A stretch of DNA of 55,248 nt, counting the filler, from Sphacelaria rigidula (Eukaryota): assembly GCA_964200075.2 (NCBI GenBank). It is 2 parts of 2 records of this genome, joined end to end, with 100 filler letters (N's around TTAATTAATTAA, not from the genome) between each part and the next. Parts side by side here need not be neighbours in the genome. Positions count along the whole stretch, not along the records: positions 1 to 27,583 come from CAXNAA020000115.1; positions 27,684 to 55,248 come from CAXNAA020000116.1. One strand, given 5' to 3'. A model generated the notes under the pieces. It was not told the origin of the DNA and did not search any database. It saw only the letters and a list, made by a program, of their open reading frames with translations. The position numbers and the translations under genes were made by a program. Of the stretch, positions 24,430-38,200 are shown in pieces (position 1 is the first letter of the stretch; every line of letters begins with the position of its first letter).

Positions 24430-26777
24430 CAGGGGTCTACACGTTACACGTACCACAACGTTACACGTTACGTTCACGATACGTTTTGGCAGAAACGTAA
24501 CGTGAACGTTGAATTCTTTTTTCGTGATGAACATAACGTCAAAATTTCAAATGAAACGTTAACGGAACGTTATTTTTTTTAACGTGACATACGTAACGTA
24601 ACGTGAACGTTTAAATGCCCAAACGTTCAAATCACGTAATATGAAACGTTTCATGTGACGTGTAACGTCTATTTCACGTTACACGTGCATCAAACGTTAC
24701 ACGTTACATGAAACGTTATATGTTACGTTACATGTTACATGACACGTCATGAACACGCCACATGCAGTGGTGAAACTTCAAGTTTGCAATGAATTTTAAA
24801 CTATTGGAAGATGATGAATCAATAAACACGAGTGAGTTTGAATGAGCATGGTATAGGTATGGTACTGTTACTATTGCAAAAATTTCGCGCTCTCCCAACC
24901 ACACGTCACAATTATAACATCATAATCATCTCGACCACATTCAAGGCTACTTCTTTTGTATAAAAAAGCACCTTGTCAGAAAAGCCGTTTCTCAACATCG
25001 CGATTTTCCACATAATTTTTCAAAGTAGCCTTTCTTACGTAATCGACGCGCTGTCAAAATTGGAAGCACAGTGCTCATCGTTTTCCATGAGGTGTGCAGG
25101 CATAATTTCAAATTCTGGGGCGCGCGAGATAGACGCAGCACTCTGCTGTCGTGTCGTGGTGTACGGTCCAGAGTGACTGCCTGTACTACTGTGATACATT
25201 GCCTGCGCAATACATGGTGGGCTGCGTGACGCAAGACTATCAATACGAACACCGCCTTGCTGTACTATTAACTGACTAGAAGTGACGGTTGTGCTTTTCA
25301 CTGCACGGTAGTACTTGACTGAAAGTAAAGCACGGATAAGAGTACACACAACACCACGGTTTTTGTATGCATTGGCTGTAAACTTTTTCGTGAGATTGAG
25401 AGCAGAGCGCTGACTGGGAGTGGCTTCGTTCATTCGCTTGGCCAATTATTCATTCCGTGTGCGCTTTTTCTCCCCTCCATCACTGGCGTGTTCTTGAAGC
25501 TACACGTCGATATACTACTCAGGGATATTAAGGGCATCAGTGTCAAGTTACTACAGAAAACATATTGGGCCTCGTGGAGGGGCATTTCGGAACTGAAACG
25601 GGTAATTCACTATTGACCGCTTTTCACTCTAAATCGTATCCTTTTCCTGCTACTCTCAATCTCGCGAAAACCTTTTTTTTGTAGTGATGGCTTGCCTGCC
25701 ATCATCACTGCTGTCGCTGGTGCTCGCGGTGATCAGCGTTGTGCTTTATTGCCCTTCGCTCGCCAGTAGCGTGATGGCCCTTACCCCTTACCCACATAAG
25801 AACAAAACAGGGCAGGGTCCATCACGAGTGCTGTCAAACACTCTGTATGCAGGTTGCACAGTAATGTAGCTCAGCTCATGTCTGTGCATGCAGCGTGTTG
25901 GAAACAGCACTCGAATACAGTACAGACTGCCCAAGCACCCAAGCCCTGTAGACACTACAGGAGTAGCACTACTGCTTATACTGTGGTCTTGTGTGTACGG
26001 TCAGCGGTCCTGTCTCTACAAGTCTTATGTGCGTGGGCAGTCTGTACTGCATCGCGAGTGCTGTTCGCATCACGCTGCATGCACAGACCTACAATACTGT
26101 CTGTGTAAACTACGCACAGAGTGTTCAGCACTCGTCATCGACCCTGTCCTGTGCTGTTATCATAGGGTAAAAAGCTATCATGATACTGATGAGCGAAGGA
26201 CAGGAAGCAACACGCCGACTACCCGCGAGCACCAGCGAGAGCAGTGGTGATGGCAGCCAAGCCATCCATGGCTGCTGTCGTGGGCTGGAGGGTGTGTTGG
26301 CGTGCGGCGGGATTTCAAACGCGTTTTCTGATCACATGAGAAGTGGGTTATCAGATAACGCGTTTTTTATAGAGTGTTTTTTACACATGACAGCTAGCCG
26401 ATGGGTCACCGTCACCATCACGTACACGGTAACATCGCGCGTTAAACGACACGTTACAACGCCTTCAACACTGGTGAATGAGACGCGACATGTACAGAAT
26501 GAAACGTTACATTCGAACGTTATACGTGTCAACGTAACGTTATATTAGGCGCTACACGTGACATTGAAACATTTCATACTACGTTACATGTAACGAAACG
26601 TAACGTTAATTTTTTTTCACGTGATGAACGTAACGTTACATTTTCATATGAAACGTTAACGTAACGTTCAAATGTATTTAACGTGACATACGTAACGTAA
26701 TGTGAACGTTAAATATTTTCTACGTGATGAACGTAACGTGAACGTGTAACGTGTAACGCGTAACGTGTAGACCCCTG
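24430..26777. mobile_element. About 2.35-kb non-autonomous hAT-like DNA transposon
   Basis: TIRs CAGGGGTCTACACGTTAC / GTAACGTGTAGACCCCTG. 8-nt TSD GATTTTTT / GTTTTTTT (7/8). About 300-nt subterminal arrays of ACGTTA/TAACGT at both ends. No transposase ORF. Confidence 0.88.
25686..26266. repeat. About 580-nt foldback (long imperfect inverted repeat) nested in the hAT-like element
   Basis: GATGGCTTGCCTGCCATCATCACTGCT... pairs with ...AGCAGTGGTGATGGCAGCCAAGCCATC. Pairing continues inward through ACGAGTGCTG/CAGCACTCGT, GTCTGTGCATGCAGCGTG/CACGCTGCATGCACAGAC and CAGTACAGACTGCCCA/TGGGCAGTCTGTACTG. Confidence 0.88.
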
Positions 26778-27505
26778 GTTTTTTTCAGTTTTGTGTCAGT
26801 TGGCCCAGTTTTTTGCCCCCAAACGAGGAATATCGCCATCACATGTCCTGGCATCATCCCACAGAGAGAAGTGCAGTCAATTTTTTCCGATTCGCGTGGG
26901 TCCGCGGTTTCCAGAATGGCCTCGGAAAAACTCCGATCGGGCGTGAAAAAATGTGACCACTATGTGGAAAAATCGAAAGATCACTACAGATTCATTCCTG
27001 CAGACACCGCATTTTTTTATCTCCAGATAATGTTTTGTTCGGAGGTCGTTTTCGAAACCTCTGAGCCGAGCGAACGGGAAAGGTGGGCTCGACTCCTCTC
27101 GGTAGGGTGACGTGAAGTGGTAAAACAGCTACTCGGACGTCGCTAGACGCTGTTTTTTTGTAACATGTGACCAATGTCTTCAAACGTTTCGAGATGAAAG
27201 CAGTTGTTCACCCAGTCTGGAGGGTTCGTACCCACAATCCTCAGAAGCAGATGCCAGGAAACCCCTTTTCGCTCCAAACACCGTGGGGGGGGGATTGTAC
27301 TCATACCATGGGGGGCAGGGTTCTACGCCGGCCACTGTGTTATTATCCAAAGGAACAAAGTGACCGCCGGACGCTCGATCACGCCCATCTACGAAGGAGA
27401 AAACAGCAAAAACACACAAACACACAGACATCTTGACCGCCTATTGCTCCCGTGTAAAGGTTCGATCAAACGCTCGGCGGTTAGCGCGGGGCTGGAAACA
27501 ACAAC

Positions 27506-27583
27506 GTTTTCATGAGATTGAGAGTAGATCTTCGATTGAGAGTGGCTTTGATCAGTCGCGTTAAGTGAGTCATTTTTTTATTC
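27506..27583 (+). repeat. Dispersed repeat, probably a retroposon 3' end; other copies at about 25385-25457 and 55187-55248
   Basis: Shared core TTTTC(G/A)TGAGATTGAGAG(T/C)AGA...GAGTGGCTT..TCA(T/G)TCGC. The 25385 and 27506 copies run into ATTC-like sequence. Confidence 0.75.
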
Positions 27584-27683
27584 NNNNNNNNNNNNNNNNN
27601 NNNNNNNNNNNNNNNNNNNNNNNNNNNTTAATTAATTAANNNNNNNNNNNNNNNNNNNNNNNNNNNNNNNNNNNNNNNNNNNN
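27584..27683. other. Artificial assembly linker (44 N + TTAATTAATTAA six-frame stop + 44 N)
   Basis: Exactly 100 nt, with symmetric N runs around a palindromic 12-mer that gives stops in all six frames. Confidence 0.93.
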
Positions 27684-27821
27684 GAAACTAGAAATAGCGA
27701 AGTGCATGGTTCAAGGTTCCTTCCTGTCCTCTGGGGACAAAAAAAAAACTTGCTAGCCTGGAACAAAACACAACAACGACGCGATACCGTGCAATGAACA
27801 CTGGAGAACAACACAACGTAC

Positions 27822-30800
27822 CTTGTTGCCGATGATCCAGTTCACAAGATCCCACTCCATACAGTTACGCTCCTGCCCCGGGGGACACAGAACCCCTTCA
27901 CAGGGAGTCACCGTCGGCGCCGGGTTGAGCCCTTTGACGTTCTGCAGTCATTCGCGTGGGCGGATAAATAAGTATATGATTCAACAATGCTCGAAAAAAA
28001 GGCATTAGTGTACAGGGAAGAGTTAGAGCCACAGGCTCATGCAGCATCACAAGTTGACTCGTGAGTATCTATCGATAGATAGCTCGTTCGGCTCAAGAAC
28101 GTTCGATTCGAAGCAAGTGAAAAATAAGTATGAAAATCGATGAGAAGAGTATCGTGAACGTATCAAGAAAAACGTGAAAATAATATGTACTGGTACCAAA
28201 TAACAATAAATGGAATAAAAAATCAACACTCACGGCTTTGCTGTCTCCCGAGGCCTCCCACCCGGTACGCTGGGGCATGTAGTTCTCCATAGAGGAAGAC
28301 TTGTGCTGGTAGTAGTCTACATCCTTGTCCGTACCGGGACACGTGGGATCCGCCTCGCTGAAAAAGTTTTGAAAAGGATTCGAGAAAAATGCACCATGAG
28401 AATCGCAGTGAACGTGAAGGTGGGGTGGAGACAGAACGTGAACAAAGGGGACGGGGGACGGTGAGAGAGATGGTATAGGCGCGCTCTCGGCTTTTAATTA
28501 GATGCGGTGTCCACAAGCTCATCCTCAAAAAGCCCGTGGTGTTGGCACGTACTTCTCTTGTTGAATCCTAATCCCTACCCTGTACCGGGGAGAGATGGAT
28601 TGATCTCTTTAGACCACAGACTCGTCCCATGGAAGGGGGGGGGGGGGGGGGTTCAAAGTGCGACAAATAAATAAATCGCACCTTACGCACACGTGCCGGA
28701 TTGCATGTGCGGATGGGTCAACCACACACAGATACCACAGGCGGGCCCACGCAGGGAAGGCTCAAATCGAACGGGATGGGACCAATATTCTATTTTGTGA
28801 TGATTAGACTTTGAGGGTAGGGAGTATGGCAATCCTTAACTTTTATATTTGAATACTGGGTGCTCCGATAATATTCAGGGATCACCATACTCGCTAAGAA
28901 CAAACATAATACGTGGGGCAATCCCTAAATATTTGCATATGGCAATCCCTCAATAATATATCACCAGAGGTCATGCCTACAAACAGAGAGGAGCTACTCC
29001 GCTGTCGCCTGGGGGTAATCGGCACTGGAGAACCGTCCGCGATATTGTTCCGAAAAACACATTTGGGCCAAAACGGTAGAAGTTTCATGTTCGTGCCACT
29101 TTTCTCCGCTATCATAGATCACATTTCATATCATCCAATTTGGGACTGTTCTTACTACCTCCTTGTGGATAAGGAGTAACCCCCTCCCCCTTCGCGCTCA
29201 TTTCCCTATTGCAATCGCACGCACCTGATGAACCACCAAGAGGCCTTGGTGCGCATCCTACACCGGAACAGCGTCAGGAGCGGCCCACCCTTCGCCTGAT
29301 AAGTGTATTTTGGGACATCCTCCTCGTCTATTGAGTTGATAACGTGTCCGCCGACAGTCCTCACTCGCCCAGAGTGATAAGCGCTTTGGGGCACGTTCTC
29401 CGCCACATCGGACGCCATGCGGTAGATGCCGTTGCAGAACGGGGTACCGGCGCCTTCCACCTGGTGGGAGGACGCGCGTGAAATGGGTGGGACGTACGTA
29501 AAATCGCATGTTGTTGTTGCTCGCGCCCCGGTGCTGTAATGGACAGCTGATGTTATCGGGGCGGTCCGAAAGAGGGTTCCATGCCTACCCGATGCGTCAG
29601 GATTTTTTTTGTTGAAAAAAAAATCATATCCGTCGTCAGATGCGTCAGCGCTTTTTTTTTCCCAAAATATTTTATTTCCGTGGTTGAAAACGTGAGTAGC
29701 AAAAATATTTCGACTGAGTTTTTTTTCACGAGAGTCGAAGCGGTGTGACAGCAGTGCTGAACCGATCCGCGACCCCACAGTGCAAGGTGTGTACCGGGAG
29801 ACATGTATATGGATTGATCCCTTCAGGCCACGGACGGCTCCCGAGGAAGGGGAGGAGTTAGAAGTGTGACAAGACAAGAAAAAAAAAAGTGCGGCGGGTA
29901 AATGTCAGTAACTCAAATGTGACTGTGGCCATGTTGGGGTTAGGCGACTGGAGGATGAAGATGAAACTCGTTTTCAAAGAGCTGATAAAGTGCTTTGTTC
30001 TCTCGTTCTTGAGGGGGATCATGTTACACCCTACCACTGAGGTCACTTGAGTAACAGTACCAAAACGCCATAGACTATACCTACTCATCACCCTCTTTCT
30101 AGAACACGCAACTATATCTGACGTCCACCTACACCCACGAGAAACACTTGTGAATAAATGACCATCCGTCTACTCGCTTTCTCTCCCTGCTGTACGACGA
30201 AAGAGCGGGGTATTCTCAGCGAGAGACGTCGGCGGTGAAAGTCATTTGGCACAACCAACAAATATATCAACAGAACAGAACTTGCAGGCAGCAAACTACC
30301 CGGTTACATCAGCAGGAAAAAAAAAAGACGAGCTCACGGCCAGACCAAAGAACGTTCTTCGATTTCAACCCTAACCTCTACATGCGAAAAACAAGCAAAA
30401 ATGCCAGGTGCACCGGACCGGTCGCCAAGTTCATTACCGGAGTTGAACACAAACACCCCCTAATGAAGCTCCGGATAATACCTTTCCGGCTACTTTTGGC
30501 ACCATACCAGTATCTGCACTACTATTGTCCTGGGGTGTGTAGTGTACCACCCCCGACACGTACCGTCCCTGGGTGATGACGTTCCAGGTCCGAACACAGG
30601 AAGAAGCTGATTGGCCGGTGGCCGTATACATCGTAGTTTACACCGCAAACCATGCGGCAGGAACCTGTCGGAGCTTCTTCTCCGGGTCGGTACTAGATTA
30701 TAGCCTGGCATTTTCCTCGTCATTCCTCCTGCCTTCTCCCTTATTCCCCCCTTTTCCTGTCCCGTTTCAGTTCACTCTGTTATATTATAGTTTGTTTCCT

Positions 30801-33800
30801 AGCTTCTTCAAATTCACATCCCCCCTTTTTCTTACTTTCTTGCGAGAGTTTCCGTTCCTTCACCTTGGGTACGCCTACCTTGTTTCTAATCACCACGGCT
30901 GGATCAGCTCATGAGTGGCAATCAATCTACCGCATCCCCTCTCCCCCCTCCCCTCCCTTCAGACGCACAAGGTCACGACCCAAGCGCTCACCACGTACGC
31001 CTTGGCATTCCAGCGGTGTCTGTGGCTCAGAATGATAAGCTCCTCCGTCTGCTCCCATCCCCATAGGCGCATGGGCAGCGACGACGACCTCAAATGTCTC
31101 AAGACCAGGTTTGCGTGGAAGGTGAAAACCTGTTTCCACCGTATTCGGTCATCATTTTGGGGGCAGGGAACAGTCAGCGTGCGTGGGGGGGCAGATTTTG
31201 TACTTCGGTCATATTTTACTAGAGCATAGATGTGGGTTCCAATCGAACTGTAGAATCATGCGAAAAAAAGGTTACGCTTGCAAGAGGATAATGTCTACAG
31301 GTCAGCATGGTTGACCTATTTACCCTGAGCGCCAATACTCGGTGCTGTAAGTAAGCAGCGCATTCATTCACTCATTCGGTTCGGAACATGCGTGCTTTGT
31401 GATTATTGCACTGTTATCACGGCATTCCCTGTCAAGGCATCTTGTACTTTCTTGCAAATAAAAATTACCTGGCTGCTTCTATGACGTAGCAGATGAACAT
31501 CGCATACTGCACAGCAGTCCATTTAGTCCATGTATGTCAGTTGCACCTCTGTGTATCGAGTTATGGAAAAAAGACTAATCCAGTGGCAGAAGATCCCGAA
31601 CCGTTCGGGGTGAAGTGGTTGAAAAAAAACACACAGAGAAGAGAGGTGAGCCTGTCATTTGCCAGCGGTAAGTTCCAAAAAGCAAGACAGGTGCTTCAAT
31701 TTGGATCAAGACCGAGCGCTAGCGATATGTCAGTGACAATAATATCGTCATGCACGACAAGGACTTCACTTATTCTGCGGAGCGGAACGAGAAAACTTGC
31801 AACCGATGAAAAATGTCGTGGCCAGCCAAGCCGAGCCCACCCAACAGAGCACGTGCTGCAGCGAAAAGTACAGGCGGCGATATGCACGGGCAAAGGTCAT
31901 CACTGAAGGCTGTGGATGAGTCTGCGGAGGTGAACCTCAAAACTCGTTCGGTACCAACCGCTGTGAACATGAGCGTTCGGAGCATGCTTGCAACAATTAT
32001 TTGTCCTCAGGCTGAGTTCACCCTGTATACGCTTCGCTGATCCGGAGGGAAAGTTAAGCGGCGTCTTGCCACAGACGGAAAACGCTCTTTAGCTCCCCAT
32101 AAAATCGGTAGTCAACAAGCCAACAATGCATATCAATACAACAGCACGGTAAGAGCGCCATAAAACCGACTTTGTTCGAAACACCGATCTCATTGTTCCA
32201 AGTTGCGCTGTGTTAACATGCCTACATGATTGAGTGCTTACTCACGCCAACAACTTTGCTGCTGCAAAAAAAAAAGAAGGGAAACTGAAGCATTGCGCCT
32301 TCGTCCAGCTCTCTGCGGGATACGCCACAAGCATTCATGAAGCGTACACAACAATGGTTGCAAATATATATATATATATATATATATCCATCCTGAACAC
32401 CAACGCAACATTCGGGACACGACACTTCGATGCACAGTGCACAAGTAAGATTATATGCTAGCTACTGCTCCAGTCTCTTCCATTCACTCTTCCACGATAG
32501 ACGTGAGGTATAAGTGGAACAGCTCGTGTAGGGCGGCGCACTTACATCTCGCATCTGCTGCTCTCCCAGCGGCACCATGAGATAGCACAGGTGCCGCACC
32601 AAGTTACTTAGAGACTGTACGCACGCAAACGGAAGCAAGCGCACGAAAAAACAAGTACGAGACAAGCAAGGGTACAGCACAGCGGACAAAGAAACAGCAC
32701 CAGTGAACTCCGACATCCACGACAACGCACGTAAGCGGCATGAAAAGAAGCAAGATTCCGCACGGGTAGGTACGAAGCGCAAACAAAATCATGATAAGAC
32801 TCTTGCCAACATCATTCCTGCACACACTTCTGTGGCGCCCCGGTGGTATATTACATAATAGACGGATAACGCGGAACGTTAGGGATTTGGTTCCCGACAG
32901 ATGGTGTTTCTAGGCACAATCTCGTTTCCATCGTTGTAAGCGTGAGGATACGAGTGGCGAATAGAAATCCACGACAGTCGACGCGGTGATAGATAGTGAT
33001 AGTTGATGGAGATATAGCTCATCAAATCCTTCATGACAAAATGCCAGGCAGGTAGCACGCGAGAGATGGGTTGATATCTTGAGAGCACGCACTAGTCCCG
33101 AGGAAGGGGAGGGGGTCGGCATACGATGAAACGGAATAAAGAACCCACGATAACATCACTGTCCCCTGTGAATTGGGGGTCAGAGGCGTCAGCTTTCGAA
33201 CATTATCTTAAATCAAAATAGACCCCTCTCTCCTCCACCCCTCTGCTCGATCTCGAAAGGGGTGTGTAGTCGATGGTCAAACGACTCAAGGCAAGCAACG
33301 ATCGAGTACTCCCCTCCCCCCTTCACCTCCCACTGTACAAAGACAGTAACACTTTTGGATTAATGTTTTTCTTCGAATGAAAGATGGAACGCAACAGAGA
33401 ACCAAGGAAAGTAGTTCAGTGGGGGTATGATCGTCATACCATACGAACGCGTCAATTGTGACCCGGTGCCGTACGCCAGTGACAATCAACCAAGCAAGCC
33501 TAACAAGTCTAACAGTAAAGCACCGACAGCAGCAACGTAGCGGCTCCTGGACGGCGGCGTGCCGGGGACAAAAAAACATTCACCAAGTGAAGCAGGCAAC
33601 GAAATCCTGGAAGAGATATGCCAGTGTGGTCGTGTCTGGAGAGAAGGACTTATATCTTTCATTCCAATGGCACTGCTTGTCCCAGAAGGTCAAAGTGAAT
33701 CAAAATAACCATCATCACATACGACTCCCTCCGCGAGAAGCCAAACCTCCCTCCACTCACGGAACGCACGGACCAACGGACTATCAGCTATGACTTGTCA

Positions 33801-35234
33801 CCCCAGCAGTGCTTGCTTACCTCTTCACGCACCCCTCACCAATATTCAGGCTAGGTCGATGGTGCGACCAGAGCTCACTCGATGATCGTGAGAACAGTGG
33901 CATCGACCTGCCTACCCTTGTTTGTGCAAAACGTCACCACACGATTTCCAATACCCCCATTTCAACTCTCTTCCGCAAATCCGTGACCCCCCCCAAAAGC
34001 TCATCTATCGTTTGCCCAAATTCCTCTTTCAATCACCCCGGCCGTCTGTCTTCGCACAAACCCTACACACCCATTACCCCACCCCTCCCTGACGTTTTTT
34101 CCAACTAGATTTTGTCAAGTGACACGTCACCCACGGGAAAAAATGCTGGAATACCCTTTGTCGTGCGCAAGACATTTAAAACGCCATTGTTGGGTTAATG
34201 CTGCTTGTCTCGGCACTTGCATCTTTCCCCCTTTGTACTCTCCTTGGTGATTGCAACGCTGGTCGGGCGAAAACCCGGCGTGCTCCGTCCCGGCTTTACA
34301 GGGATGCAAGGTCAATGGTCCTACGACTACGCCATGCAAGATAATGAGTACACTCCCTCTCTTTTCATCCCATCCCGCCCGTAACGTACAGTTGGGGTAC
34401 TCATCTTAGCACTTAGGTCACTACCTCGTCCCTCTTCAACCCTCGAAGGAAACGTACGGGACACAACGTTTCATTTCATTCACAGACACACTCCATTACT
34501 CACATCTTGGTTTTCCTTCTTCAGCGCCTCGTCGGTAAGCACGGCCACCTGGGACATGACCGCCGTGCAAGTCTTCACCACCACGCCTACGGCATTCGGG
34601 GAAGTATCTAGGCGACACTCCGCAATAGCCCCAACCACAATAGACAGACCAGCCGCATTCAGCCCGACGTGGTACTGCCCTCCTGCTCCTCCTGCCCCCC
34701 CCGGCTGCCCCGGTGTGGATGCCGCACAGATAGCGGCAGCCGTAGACTTTGCCTTCTCTGATGCCGCTCTAGCGGCACGGGCAGTATCTAATGTAGCTTT
34801 CGCGTGCGCCTGGGCCTTTTCTAGCTCTTCCCCGCCTTTGCTCGCTGCCTTCAACGAAATTACGGCCTGCTGCGCCTGCCTGGCGTCGTTCATAGCGAGT
34901 TGCGCAACCCTCTCCTTTTGCTTTACGGAGGCTTTGGCTGCCGCTCGCTGATCGGCCAAGTGTTTTAGCCGCTTCGCTTGGCCATCCAGGACCTTGGCCA
35001 CAACTTCAAAGCCCCCGTTTGCCATAAACGTTTGGCATAGCTTTATGCGGTGCTGTTTAGGAGGGTCGTGTTGTCGGGAATGGGAGGGCGCGCGCGCGCG
35101 GGGGGGGGGGGGGGGGGGGACAGGACAGGATACAAATTGTTGTAAATTGGTTTTGGAGGGGCGGAAACGCNNNNNNNNNNGATACAATTGGTTTGGTGGG
35201 TTGTGTGGGGGGGGTGGTGGGGGGGGTGGTGTGT

Positions 35235-35277
<43 letters not shown>

Positions 35278-38200
35278 GAGGACAGGACAGGATACAAATT
35301 GTTGTAAATTGGTTTTGGAGGAGCGAAAACGCGATAGACTAGTCACGGGAGTCAATTATGTTCATGTTCCCCTGGCATCGGAATAAAGCTTGATTCAAGG
35401 TGCGACTTGAGTGAATGTCATGTTTGGCGGAGGAGAAACACACTTGCAACCAAATGCCACGCACATTTCCCCATACTTCCTTGTATATGGTCATGCCCTT
35501 GAAAGCTACGGTAATGCATTGAACTGCATTTGCTGGACTGTACACTGCCCATGTGACTACACATCACACGTCCAAGTAAACATGGAGTTGTCTAGTTCGC
35601 CCAATTCACACACGCACCATACGACACCACAATCCGCCCGATATACTCTCATGATCTTGATCTACTGGGCATCATCATATACTCCTTAGTCCCAAATAGT
35701 GCGGGCTTTCGGCCGCTTCCGGGATTAGATATTGTCCGTCAGTGACCCACAAAAAACAAACCACACGACAAACCCATCCTCGCCCTTCCATCAGGCCCTT
35801 TCATCAAAAACTCCAAAGCAACCAAAAACCTTCACCTTCATCTACCGATAACATCAAAAATACGGCGCAAAAAAATATCGAAGGGTACCAGCTCCAAGAG
35901 CGCCAACGTGGTTCTACTTGCTCGACTACAATTTTAAAGCTGGATTATCCGCGTAGAACAACCCGAGCTTACAGTTGCACGGACGGACGAACAGGTGACA
36001 GGAGATCTGACCGTACATGATATACTTTGCGAACTCGAAAAGCATGCCTTTTACGGGAGCACGTGAAACTCACCTCTGGAGATCCCGCTGCAGTGGTCCA
36101 CAGGGTTTTGAGGGGTGAGAAGATGGTCCGGGTCGGGTCGAACAGCATAGTCACAGTGTCCATAAACTCTGTGTTGCCATCTTGCAGCAGTATCGGGAGA
36201 ACGTTGCACGACATCTCGAGCGTGCGCTTTGCACAGCCTATTTCGAACTTGCCGAACTTGCTGGCGTGCTGCGTAACGCAACAAGGTGACACGGAATAAA
36301 AAAACAAGGAGCAACGCAGAGGTACGAGCGGAAATGACGCAACACAGAGCGATGGTGAAGTCGATTGTTAAGTTGGGACATCAGTACTACAGCGACACAA
36401 CAAAAAGCAACGATGACGCAGCCCTTTGGAAGAACAGGATGTTGAGGGAAGGGTTCGGTCGGCGACGTCCGGAGGACCATACGACCGTCACAACCAATGT
36501 TCGGTTTGGTGTTCACCACTAGATGAAAAAAAGAGCCCGTTTGGCATAGGAATTACTGCCGATCTCCAGATATCGACGAAGATCGCGTGACTTTTATGCA
36601 TTTGCTTTCCTTTCCCCCCTCGCTAGACGGGGAAATGTAGGAAATAAACGAAGGTGGCATGAAATCGTTTGATGCATTAAACGGGGAGGAAACGATGGCT
36701 GCACTACGAGATAGACGGTGACCACTGACGGCGAAACAGGATGGGGATAAGCTATGTGAAAGTTTGTGTGTAATATAGGCGAGAAACGAAATGAGCACCC
36801 AAATGCTGGAGTGTCTCTATTAGGAGTAGGAACGGTGCCCCGTCTCGAAAGGGGTGCGTGGTCGATGGTCAAACGACTAAGGCAAGCAACGAATGAGTAC
36901 GCCTTCCCCTTCCCCCCTCTTGCCCAACGCATGGAAGGCTTCGTTCTCAACCACAAAGGCACGTTAAGGCACTGTTTCACGCGGCGGGGCCCTAAATGGC
37001 TTGTTACGATACTGCTGCGTTTCAGGTACCACATTCCCTTGATTCAATCTAGTCGCCGTCGCCATTGCTGCTTCTGCTGCTGAAGTGAAGGCACCAACAC
37101 ACACCGGCGTCGCCGCCAACTCCTTCCTTCGTGTATAGTGGAATACCTGGTCCAACATGATGCCGGTGATCTGGTGCAGAAACTGATGCAGGAACCGCTT
37201 CGCCTCCGGACGGTTGTAGACCTTCGTGGCTAGCTCAATCGACATATGCGCGTTATCCCAACCCACAGTGCTCGTGTCCGCGAGCCCTTTCCGTACCATT
37301 TCGAACACGCTCAGGTCAAGCCTGCTGATTATTGGCTGCCTGGGCTGATCCATCTCCATCTGTATGGAGCCCAGCCTTGATTGTTAGCGTGAAAGGAACG
37401 ACACGTGGGCAGGTATGGAGCGAGGCGGCGTCGGGGCGGGAAGGGGCTTACTCTCGAGCTGTGGCTTGCCAACACGACATCCTATAAATCATGACCACGG
37501 ATATTTTTAGAGGATGTCACATGTTCCGTGTGTGCCTTAGATGATGACACAATTGACCATGCGTCCTAGACACGGACCACTGTTCCCCATAAAACCGCTG
37601 CCGCTGGACAGCAGTTTCTAGTGTCGTCTTGAATGACCATGGTCATTGACGCACGCTGTGGGAAATTTTGCCAGTTTGACTCCATGTCATATTCCACCCC
37701 CACCCTCGACAAACGCAGCTTCGTACTTTCCACAGACCAGACTTGGGCGTTGCAAGATGCTCCGGGCTTAATTGCCCGATACTTCTAGGTCGGTTCCGAA
37801 AATGCAATATTGTCCGTGGCTTCAGTGGGTCCGGCGTACGCAAAGGGTGGAAACGAGGGTTCATCACCCAAAACACGTTACACTTTAGTGTCGAACCCTT
37901 GTATCTACATCACAGGACTGCGTTCGAGCAAGGGCACCCCTTATTCAAGTACAGTCATATTTCCTCCAAGAACCAAGCCCTCGACAACCAGCAACGGTCG
38001 ATAGACTACCCAAGGTGTGCTATAAACAACACGGGTCCATGACCCTTTCACCGGGTAGAGGTGGGTACAAGAGCAGCAAAATCAGTGAGGAAGGGAGTTC
38101 ATTAAATCTGGTGGATACGTGCGAGAAGTTCATGAATTATACACCGAAGCCTTATGCTGATGAAAATGAAAACAAACAGCACATGTAAATAGCACACACA

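Noticed and set aside
24440-24745. Repetitive ACGTTAC array as a possible CRISPR or satellite
   Set aside because: There is no constant repeat with unique spacers. It is explained as transposon subterminal repeats.
35063-35335. Direct duplication around poly-G runs and a 10-N gap (35171-35180); similar poly-C sequence around the gap at 48398-48407
   Set aside because: Most likely a scaffolding or homopolymer artefact. The poly-Pro and poly-Gly ORFs here are spurious.
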